64,000 nt of DNA from assembly GCA_035651955.1 (NCBI GenBank), contig DASRES010000038.1, positions 767 through 64,766 on the forward strand. The letters run 5' to 3'. Made by a program: the position numbers and the translations under genes. The stretch is from Acidimicrobiia bacterium. Its GTDB lineage: Bacteria > Actinomycetota > Acidimicrobiia > IMCC26256 > JAMXLJ01. Shown one piece after another: positions 9,162-17,049 of the stretch (its first letter is position 1; each line of letters opens with the position of its first letter). A model generated the notes under the pieces. The model saw only the letters and a program-made list of their open reading frames with translations. It ran no database searches and was not told the DNA's origin.

Positions 9162-10127
9162 TCAGAGGTCGGGCGGTCGCCACGGGTCGAGCCGGCGCAG
9201 CGACAGCGCGCTCGACTGGGCGAACCCCGAGAACAGCACGAGGAAGTTGACGAGCGCGAGCGACGACCCGACCGCGCCGCCGACGATCACCCACCCGGCC
9301 CACGCGGGTGCGTGCCATCCCGCGCCGAGGTACGCGCCGAGCACGACCGCCGCGAAGACCGTCGTGCACGCGGCCAGCACGCTGAAGAAGGCGAGCGACC
9401 TGATCGCGATGCGGTCCGCGAACGGCATCAGCATGCGGACACCGTGGTTGAGCAGCTTCTCGATGCCCATGTGCGACTGCCCGGCGTAGCGCTCGCCGCG
9501 CGCGCACGGCACGTACGTGGGTGACGGGTTGAGGCTGATGAGCGTGGCGGAGTAGCAGAGATCGAAGTACGGGTGCTTGATCATGCGGCGCACGTACTCG
9601 CCGTGGAGCGCCGCGTAGTTGCCGGACCGGACCTCGCGGCCGGTGAGGAGGCGGAACAGCATCCGGAACCCGAGGTAGAGCGCCTTGAAGGACGGGCTCT
9701 CCTTGCGGTGCGTCCGGCGCGCGATCGACACCGTCCAGGGGTTCTCGGGGTCTTGGAGGAGCGGGCGCACCAGCCGGACGACGTCCTCCGGACGGTCCTC
9801 GCCGTCCGAGTCCATCGTGACCACGATCTCGTCGGGCTTCACGTGATCCGCGAGCGAGCGCAGCCCGTACACGATCGCCCGTTGGTGGCCCAGGTTGAAC
9901 GGAGGCGACACGACGGTCACGTCGTCGAAGTCGGACAGGCGGGCGATCGCGGGGTCGTGGCCGGCGGAGTCGTCGACGACCGTGAAGCTGGTCCGGTCGG
10001 GCGCGGGGACGCCGTCGCGTGCCGCCGGGTCCTGCAGCAGCTCCACGAGCCGGGCGCGGAGCTGGAGCAGGCTCTCGACGTCGAAGTACGTCGGGGTGAG
10101 CACGCGGAGGCTCCAGCCCGTCGTCAT
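9162..10127 (-). CDS. Glycosyltransferase family 2 with C-terminal TM helices (polyprenyl-phosphate sugar synthase-like)
   Basis: Track ORF 9162..10400 trimmed to ATG at 10127 (MTTGWSLRVLTPTYF), preceded by GAGGAGGGGG. It has the GT2 DxD region (VVTMDSDGEDRPEDV) and two C-terminal TM segments, as in ArnC/GtrB/Ppm-type enzymes. Confidence 0.85.
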   Translation of the reverse strand: MTTGWSLRVLTPTYFDVESLLQLRARLVELLQDPAARDGVPAPDRTSFTVVDDSAGHDPAIARLSDFDDVTVVSPPFNLGHQRAIVYGLRSLADHVKPDEIVVTMDSDGEDRPEDVVRLVRPLLQDPENPWTVSIARRTHRKESPSFKALYLGFRMLFRLLTGREVRSGNYAALHGEYVRRMIKHPYFDLCYSATLISLNPSPTYVPCARGERYAGQSHMGIEKLLNHGVRMLMPFADRIAIRSLAFFSVLAACTTVFAAVVLGAYLGAGWHAPAWAGWVIVGGAVGSSLALVNFLVLFSGFAQSSALSLRRLDPWRPPDL

Positions 10128-10202
10128 CCCCGGGCCCCCTCCTCGTGACCGCCCGGGCGCGCGAGGGACACGCGACACGCGGTTCGATAGTGTCCCTGCT
10201 CC

Positions 10203-11747
10203 ATGGCGCACGTCGTCGGCGTGACCGAGGACGCGGCACCCGACGAGCTCGCGCCAGGCCGGGCCGCACACGGGTTGCCGGATCGGATCGACGTCGCGCT
10301 GCTCGGCGTCATCGTGCTCGCCGCCTTCCTCCGGTTCTGGAGGATCGGTGCACAGAGCCTGTGGTTCGACGAGTACCTGACGACGGTCGACGTGTCCCAC
10401 GGGCTCGGCCGAATGTTGTTCACGACACTAGGGCACGTCGAGGGCACGCCGCCCCTGTACTACGTGCTGGAGTGGGGCTGGGTCCGGGTGGTCGGTCACG
10501 GCGACGCGGCGGTGCGCTCGCTCTCGGCCGTCTTCGGCATCGCGACCGTCCCGATGGCGTACCTCGTCGCCCGGCGGCTCCACCAGAGCGCGCGGGTCGC
10601 CCGGATCGTCGCCCTCCTCGTGGCGGTGAGCCCGCTGTTCGTCTGGTTCTCCCAGGAGGCCCGCTCCTACGCGCTGCTCGTGTTCCTCGCGTCGGTGTCG
10701 CTGTACTTCTGCGCCCGGGCGGTCGAGGCCGAGACGGACACCGACTTCCTCCTCTGGGGGCTCGCGTCCGCCGCGGCGCTCGCGACGCACTACTTCGCGG
10801 CCGTCCTGATCGTCCCCGAGGCGGTGTGGCTCCTGCTCGCGCACCGGCCGTGGCGCCGGGTCGCGCTCGGTGCCCTGCCCATCGTGGTGGCCGCGGTCCC
10901 GCTCCTCGTGCTCGCCGAGGTCCAGAGCAAGAAGCACAACTGGATCGCGGACTGGCCGCTGAGCCAACGGCTCGCGGAGACGGGCCGGCAGCTCCTGCTG
11001 GGCATCCCCGAGCCGCTCGACCACTGGTGGCCGCTCGTCGCCGCGCTCCTCGTGGCTCCGATCGTGCTCGTCGTGTGGAGGGGTCGCCCCCGCGAGCGTT
11101 CTACGGCCCTCGTCATGAGCGCGCTCGTGGTGGGCGGGCTCGTGCTCGCGCTCCTGCTCGCCGCGATCGGGACGGACCTCGTGCTCGGCCGGTACCTGAT
11201 CGCGCTGGTGCTCCCGCTCTTCCTCGCGGCCGCGATCGGGTTCGGCGCCCGTCGCGCCGGCTGGGTCGGCGTCGCCGCGGCGCTCGCGCTGTGCGCGCTG
11301 TGGACCGGGCTCGTCGTCGACAGCGCCACCGGCTCGACGCTCCACAAGCCCGACTGGCGCGCGGTGTCGAAGGTGCTCGCCACCGGCGGCGGCGACCGGG
11401 TGGTCGTCGTCGACGACTATCTCGGGCAGCCGCTGCTGCGCTACGCCCACCATCCCGACGTCGTCGCCCGGAACAAGACCGTCCGGGTCCGCCGCATCGA
11501 CCTCCTGTACCACGTCCCGCCGCCGAAGCAGCGGTGCGGTCGGTGGTCCGGCCTCGCGTGCGAGGTGTTCTTCTTCCCGCTGCTGCCGAAGTCGCTCCAG
11601 CCCCACTTCCTCCTCGTGGCGAAGATCGAGTTCGACGGCTTCACGCTCAACCGGTACGCGGCGGCGCAGCCCGTGCCGGTGCGGCCGCGCCAGCTGCTCA
11701 GCAAGGGGCGCTTCGGCGGCATGGTGTACTTCCCGAACGGGCGATGA
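10203..11747 (+). CDS. Polytopic membrane glycosyltransferase, GT39/GT83 (ArnT/PMT-like) family
   Basis: Track ORF 10203..11747. About 10 predicted TM helices. The first loop has the SLWFDEY motif (the DE-containing loop typical of GT-C enzymes), followed by a soluble C-terminal domain. Confidence 0.8.
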   Translation: MAHVVGVTEDAAPDELAPGRAAHGLPDRIDVALLGVIVLAAFLRFWRIGAQSLWFDEYLTTVDVSHGLGRMLFTTLGHVEGTPPLYYVLEWGWVRVVGHGDAAVRSLSAVFGIATVPMAYLVARRLHQSARVARIVALLVAVSPLFVWFSQEARSYALLVFLASVSLYFCARAVEAETDTDFLLWGLASAAALATHYFAAVLIVPEAVWLLLAHRPWRRVALGALPIVVAAVPLLVLAEVQSKKHNWIADWPLSQRLAETGRQLLLGIPEPLDHWWPLVAALLVAPIVLVVWRGRPRERSTALVMSALVVGGLVLALLLAAIGTDLVLGRYLIALVLPLFLAAAIGFGARRAGWVGVAAALALCALWTGLVVDSATGSTLHKPDWRAVSKVLATGGGDRVVVVDDYLGQPLLRYAHHPDVVARNKTVRVRRIDLLYHVPPPKQRCGRWSGLACEVFFFPLLPKSLQPHFLLVAKIEFDGFTLNRYAAAQPVPVRPRQLLSKGRFGGMVYFPNGR

Positions 11748-11863
11748 GGCTCGTCCCGCCTCCCGAACCTGCGCACGGAGCGCGCGGGCTTGCGACGGCA
11801 CGTGGTCGGTGTGGGAGCATCGACGACGTTGCGGACCAGAGCCGACGGGGGGCGGACGGCACG

Positions 11864-12193
11864 ATGCGCAGGCGCGATGCACCCGAGATCCAGGCCATCG
11901 GCCAGCTCTGCGGGAACCTCGTCGCGCTCGGTGCCGGGCTCGGCGTCGTGTGGTCGACGGCCGTCGCGTTCGCGGGCGGAAGGTTCCCGTTGACCGCCGT
12001 CCACGTCGCGGGCGGGATCCGGACCGGGCTGCTGTGGACGTTCGTGGCCGATCCCGTCCTCGTCTCGGTCGCGGTGCTGGTCGCCTACGTCCTGGTCGGT
12101 GTGGCGAGCTTCGTCGTACCGGTCGCGGCGACTGCCGACGACGGCGACGGCGTGCTCGAGCGGGGGACGGGCTCCATCCACGGCGTCTCCTGA
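11864..12193 (+). CDS. Hypothetical small membrane protein (109 aa, about 3 TM helices)
   Basis: Distal part of track ORF 10145..12193, ATG at 11864. The sequence is hydrophobic (LVALGAGLGVVWSTAVAF, LLWTFVADPVLVSVAVLVAYVLVGVASFVV) with very high third-position GC. Its last 109 nt overlap the 3' end of the convergent ATPase gene. Confidence 0.45.
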   Translation: MRRRDAPEIQAIGQLCGNLVALGAGLGVVWSTAVAFAGGRFPLTAVHVAGGIRTGLLWTFVADPVLVSVAVLVAYVLVGVASFVVPVAATADDGDGVLERGTGSIHGVS

Positions 12194-15100
12194 GGGCCGG
12201 CCGGAGCCGGCACCGCGGGGAGCGCGATCGGGGCGACGGTCGACACGAGCGCGCCGAGCGCGGTCGCTCCGACCGCCGCGCCCGTCGCCGTCGCCCATCC
12301 CACCGGCCCGAGCGGGGTGCACCCGAAGAACCTGCTGATCCCGGGCGTCTGCACGACCGCGACGAGCGCGGCGGCGGATCCTCCCATCGACGCGATCGCG
12401 CGGACGTCGCGGCCCGCGATCGCGGCGGTCTGGGCGAGCTGCGTGCCGACGAGCGCGGCGAGCCCGATCGAGCGCGCACGCGCCGGCCGCCCGGTGAGCC
12501 GTCCGATCACGTACGCGGTCGTCGCTCCGAGTGACGTCGTCGCCGCGCGCACGAGGACGTCACGCGTCAGCGCGCCGCCGAGCGACGAGTCGGGACCCTC
12601 GCGCAGCAACGTGGACGCTTCGCCGGGCGGCCGCGTCGCGAGCACGAGCGCAGGCGCGAGGTCGGTCAGGAGGTTGACGAGGAGCAGCTGACGCGCATTC
12701 AGCGGCGGGCGCCCGCCGACGAGCGCGCCGGCAACGGTGAACGCGATCTCGCCGAGGTTGCCGCCAAGCAGGATCGCGAGCGCGTCGCGCACGGACGCCC
12801 ACATCGCCCGTCCTTCGACGAGCGCGGCGACGATCGTCTCGAGCCGGTCGTCACCGACCACGACGTCCGCCGCGGCGCGTGCGGCGGATGTCGCATGGGG
12901 ACCGAGCGCGATCCCGACGTCCGCGAGCCGGATCGCGGGCGCGTCGTTCGCGCCGTCCCCCGTCATCGCGACGGCGCGACCGGTCCGCTGGAACGCGCGC
13001 ACGATGTCGACCTTCTGGGTCGGGCTCACGCGCGCGAAGACCGCGACGTCGGGGAGGAGCGCGTCGAGCGCCGCGCGGTCGAGCGTCGCGACGTCGGCCC
13101 CGGTGAGGACGACTCCGCCGTCGAGCAGGCCGATCTCGCTCGCGATCGCCTGCGCGGTGCTCGGGTGGTCACCGGTGATCATGACGAGCTGCACGCCACC
13201 GTCGCGCAGCCGCTGCAGCGCCTTGGTCGCGCTCCGCCGCGGCGCGTCGGCGATCGCCAGGAACCCGAGCAGCTCCAGGTCGCGCGCGTCGTCGTCGGAC
13301 AGCATGCCGTCGGACGAACTCTCCGGCGATCGTCGCTCGCTCCGCCGGGCCACGGCGAGGACGCGGTGGCCCAGCCGCGCGAGTCGCTCGACCTCGCGAC
13401 CGACCGTCTGCCGCGCGCGTGTGTCCAGCTCGCGCGTGTCGCCGCGTGTCGTCCATCTCGTGCAGCGCGGCAGGACGACCTCCGGCGCACCCTTCACGAA
13501 GACGAACGCACCCGCAGTCGTGCCGACGAGCGTGGCGTGGAACCCGCGCGCGGGTTCGAACGGCAGGACGGCGAGCGGGTGCGTGCCCGCGATGTCGATG
13601 CCCGCGCGGCGCCCGCCGTCGACGACGGCCTGGTCGGTCGGGTGCGCGAGGACGTCACTGCCGTCGGGTCGGGGCGTCGCGCACGCCGCGGCGACCAGGA
13701 TCGTCGCGAAGCTCTCGCGCATCGAGCGTCCGACGCCGACGCTCGTGATCCCGTCCGACACCTCGCGGAGCCGGAGCCGTCCCTCGGTCAGCGTTCCCGT
13801 CTTGTCGAAGCACAGGACCTCCGCGCGGCCGAGGGCCTCGATGCTGCGCGGGTTCTTCACCAGCGCGTTCCGGGTCGACAGCCGGCGCGCCGCGGCGAGC
13901 TGGGCCGCGGTGACGAGGAAGGGCAGTCCCTCCGGCACGGCCGCGACCGTCAGGCCGACGCCCGTGGCGAGGGTGCGCGCGAGCGACGACCCGCGCAGGA
14001 TGCCGTTCGCGGCGACCACCGCGCCGGCGCCGAGCGCGACGGGCACCGTCTGCGCAGTGATCGCGTGCAGCCGGCGGTCCACTGCCGACCCCTGCGACGC
14101 CCCCCGGCTCATCGCGAGGCTGCGGCCGGCCTCGGTCGCGGTGCCGGTCGCGACGACCACCGCGCGACCGCGCCCGGCTGCGACGGTCGTGCCCTCGTAG
14201 AGCATCGAGCGTCGGTCGGCGACGTCCTCGGCCGCGACGGGATCGGACCGCTTCGCGACCGGGCTCGACTCGCCCGTCAGGCTCGACTCGTCCGTCTCGA
14301 GACCCGTCGACGACAGGATCCGGCAGTCCGCCGGGACGATGTCGCCGGGGTCGAGCGCGACGACGTCGCCCGCGACGAGCTCGTCGGCGGTGAGCTGCAC
14401 GGGCCGGCCGTCCCGTTCCACCCACGCGCGGGTCGCGGTCCGCTCCGCGAGCCGCGCGACCGCCCGCTCGGTCGCCGACCGCTGGATGCCGCCGAACAGC
14501 GCGCTGAGCCCGGTCACGCTCGCGACGACCGCCGCGTCCGCCAGGGAGCCGATCGCCGCGGACACGCCGGCACCGACCGCGAGGACGGGTGTCAACGGGT
14601 TCGACAGCTCGTCGAGAAACGCGCGCCCGAGCGTGACCTGCGGCGGCTGGACGGTCCGCTCGTGCCGCGCTGCAGCAGCCAGGCGACGGCGCGCCTCGGC
14701 CGTGGCCAGCCCGTGCTCGGACGACCCGAGGACGTGCAGGACCGCGCTCGGCGGCATCGCGTGCCACGGCGTCCGGTCCACCGGCGGGCTCAGCGGGCGG
14801 TGGGACAGCTCGAGCGCGGACCACGTGCCGGACGCGAACGAGAGCACGGCCGCGCCGTTGACGACGGACAGCGTGCGCGCGCCGGCCCGGAACGGCGGCG
14901 CGGTGAGCGCGACGGTCGCCGCGACGCTGGCGCCGCCGAGCGCGACGCGGACGCTCCGGCGGCTGACGTCGCGCGCCGTGCCGATCGCCTCCACGACGAA
15001 CGCACACGTCGCGAGGTCGTCGACGAGCAGGTGCGCGCCCCACGGCGGCGGCGCGCCGGGGACGGTCAGGCCGATCCCGCAGTCGGAGCGCGCGAGCGCG

Positions 15101-16542
15101 TCGCGCCGCGCGGCGCTCACGACGGCGACCACGTGCCCATCGCGCTGCAGCGACGCGACGACGGAGGCGAGCGCGTCACCGCCTGCGACGACGTCGTCCG
15201 CGAACGGGCGCGCGTACTCGTCCGGCTCGCCGGCGAGCACGAGTGCGCACGACGCCCGCCGGGCCGACGCCGCGAGCGTGTCGAACGCGGGGTGGACGTG
15301 ACGTGTCAGCGGCACGACCGCGACGAGACGCCGTCCGCGCGCGAGCCCGAGCACGTCGCGGTCGGCGACGCCGAGTCGCGTCGTCAGGCCCGCGGCGTCG
15401 CGCACGAGTCGGGCGAGCGGCCCGAGCATCCATCCGTCGTCGGCGCGGACGCGGTCCGCTCGTTCCGGGTCGAAGAGCCGGTAGAGCGCACCCGTGATCT
15501 CGGAATCGGGGACCTTGGTGAGGGGAACGACGCGCGCGGGCGCAGGGCGCCGAGCCCACGTGGCGTCGACATCGACGACGAGCGTGTCGACACGATCGAG
15601 TCGCCGGAGCGCGTCACGGTCGCACACGACCGCGCGCCGCTCGGCCAGGATCCGGCCGAGCTGGGTCGCGAATCCCTCGCGCCCGATCCCCGCGGCCTTC
15701 GGCATCGCGGCGAGCGCGACGTCAGACGCGCGCCTCCACCGCCGTGTGGCCGCGAGCGTGGCCGCGAAGCCGGTTCCGGCCGCGATCGTCGCCCGGTCTG
15801 CGTAGGTCTCGACCGGGCCGCGGGGGAGGGCCGCCGCGCGTTCGCACGGCACCGCGCCGGCCGCCGCGCGCTGCGGCGTCGCGGCGAGCTCGGGTTCACG
15901 CGCCGTCCAGGTCCGGCGCTCGGCCGCCGTCTCGCCCATCGCCGCGACCCGGTGCGCGGCGTCGACGGCGAGTCCGAGCTGTCCTTGCGCGAGCCCCTGC
16001 CCGAACGCGTTCGCGAGCGCCAGCAGGGTGTCGGTGGACGCGCCGCCGACGACGTCTGCGACCATCCGACGCAGACGCGGCTGGCTCTCGATGAAGGCCA
16101 CGAGCGACGCGAGCTCGATCGGGAACGGCACAGCGCGCAACAACGCGCCGGACACCGCGGCGGCGATGCCTCCGACGTCGGCGAGCAGCGCGATCCCGTG
16201 CGTCCGGAGCGCGTCGACGTCGCCCGGGAAGGACGGCCGCGTCGGCGAGCGGGTCCGCGCGGCACCCGCGTCGCGTTCGGTCTCGTCGACCACCGTGACG
16301 AGTGTCGCGACCGCTACTCGCGAAGGGTCGAACGCGACGACGAGCCGACCGAGGGCGGCGTTGACGCGCGCCCACTGCACACCGGAGACGGCTGCGACGC
16401 GCTCCTCGAGGCCGTCCGGCGGTGGCTGCACGATCTCGACGTACGCGCGGTTCGCCGAGCACCACACCCGGGGCCGACGCGCGTACGACGCTCGAACGGC
16501 ACGGTTGACACGGGCGAGGAGTGGGAGCGCCGGAAGGGTCAC
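12085..16542 (-). CDS. Giant cation-transporting P-type ATPase (CtpI-like): decayed N-terminal P-type module fused to a complete P2-like pump
   Basis: Track ORF 12085..16542 (1485 aa). The C-terminal about 890 aa contain LTGESSP, PEGLP, CFDKTGTLTEG, ITGDHPSTA and MTGDGANDAPAI. The N-terminal about 590 aa resemble a P1B pump with lost catalytic motifs (see findings). Confidence 0.9.
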   Translation of the reverse strand: MTLPALPLLARVNRAVRASYARRPRVWCSANRAYVEIVQPPPDGLEERVAAVSGVQWARVNAALGRLVVAFDPSRVAVATLVTVVDETERDAGAARTRSPTRPSFPGDVDALRTHGIALLADVGGIAAAVSGALLRAVPFPIELASLVAFIESQPRLRRMVADVVGGASTDTLLALANAFGQGLAQGQLGLAVDAAHRVAAMGETAAERRTWTAREPELAATPQRAAAGAVPCERAAALPRGPVETYADRATIAAGTGFAATLAATRRWRRASDVALAAMPKAAGIGREGFATQLGRILAERRAVVCDRDALRRLDRVDTLVVDVDATWARRPAPARVVPLTKVPDSEITGALYRLFDPERADRVRADDGWMLGPLARLVRDAAGLTTRLGVADRDVLGLARGRRLVAVVPLTRHVHPAFDTLAASARRASCALVLAGEPDEYARPFADDVVAGGDALASVVASLQRDGHVVAVVSAARRDALARSDCGIGLTVPGAPPPWGAHLLVDDLATCAFVVEAIGTARDVSRRSVRVALGGASVAATVALTAPPFRAGARTLSVVNGAAVLSFASGTWSALELSHRPLSPPVDRTPWHAMPPSAVLHVLGSSEHGLATAEARRRLAAAARHERTVQPPQVTLGRAFLDELSNPLTPVLAVGAGVSAAIGSLADAAVVASVTGLSALFGGIQRSATERAVARLAERTATRAWVERDGRPVQLTADELVAGDVVALDPGDIVPADCRILSSTGLETDESSLTGESSPVAKRSDPVAAEDVADRRSMLYEGTTVAAGRGRAVVVATGTATEAGRSLAMSRGASQGSAVDRRLHAITAQTVPVALGAGAVVAANGILRGSSLARTLATGVGLTVAAVPEGLPFLVTAAQLAAARRLSTRNALVKNPRSIEALGRAEVLCFDKTGTLTEGRLRLREVSDGITSVGVGRSMRESFATILVAAACATPRPDGSDVLAHPTDQAVVDGGRRAGIDIAGTHPLAVLPFEPARGFHATLVGTTAGAFVFVKGAPEVVLPRCTRWTTRGDTRELDTRARQTVGREVERLARLGHRVLAVARRSERRSPESSSDGMLSDDDARDLELLGFLAIADAPRRSATKALQRLRDGGVQLVMITGDHPSTAQAIASEIGLLDGGVVLTGADVATLDRAALDALLPDVAVFARVSPTQKVDIVRAFQRTGRAVAMTGDGANDAPAIRLADVGIALGPHATSAARAAADVVVGDDRLETIVAALVEGRAMWASVRDALAILLGGNLGEIAFTVAGALVGGRPPLNARQLLLVNLLTDLAPALVLATRPPGEASTLLREGPDSSLGGALTRDVLVRAATTSLGATTAYVIGRLTGRPARARSIGLAALVGTQLAQTAAIAGRDVRAIASMGGSAAALVAVVQTPGISRFFGCTPLGPVGWATATGAAVGATALGALVSTVAPIALPAVPAPAGPQETPWMEPVPRSSTPSPSSAVAATGTTKLATPTRT

Positions 16543-16686
16543 GTGCCGTCCACGGGTCGACAGAGTCTGTCTCGCGTGTTACCCGGCGGCGCTCGATGGG
16601 GAATCGACCCCGACGTCGCGCCGTCGCCCCGTGGGAACCGCTGCGCGACCATCGCGATAGCAGATCCCGCGCAGGGAGGGGACGGC

Positions 16687-17034
16687 ATGGCGACACCGAA
16701 GGCCGCGGCGCGCAGCACGACCCCGAAGAAGACGACCGCGAAGAAGACGACTGCGCCGCAAGCGGCGGCCGGCGACCATGCTCGCGGGCAGCGGGCGGCG
16801 GCGCACCGCGCCGTCCGGCGGATCAACCTGGACGTCCACCTGCCGGTGATCGGCGAGGTCGTCCTGCCCGAGCCGGCCCATCTCGCGTGGTACGCCGGTC
16901 TCGCGACGCTCGCCGCGCTCGAGATCGTCGAATGGCCGATCGCGGTCGTCCTCGCGATCGGCAAGGCGCTTGCCGACAACCACGGCAACCACGCGTTGGA
17001 GGAGTTCGGTCAGGCCCTCGAAGAGGGCGGATGA
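16687..17034 (+). CDS. Hypothetical protein (115 aa), Lys/Thr/Ala-rich N-terminus and one hydrophobic segment
   Basis: Distal part of track ORF 12895..17034, ATG at 16687 after GGGAGGGG. Sequence: MATPKAAARSTTPKKTTAKKTTAPQ…LAWYAGLATLAALEIVEWPIAVVLAIGKALADN. Divergent from the ATPase gene. Confidence 0.5.
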   Translation: MATPKAAARSTTPKKTTAKKTTAPQAAAGDHARGQRAAAHRAVRRINLDVHLPVIGEVVLPEPAHLAWYAGLATLAALEIVEWPIAVVLAIGKALADNHGNHALEEFGQALEEGG

Positions 17035-17049
17035 CGAACTGCTCCGACG

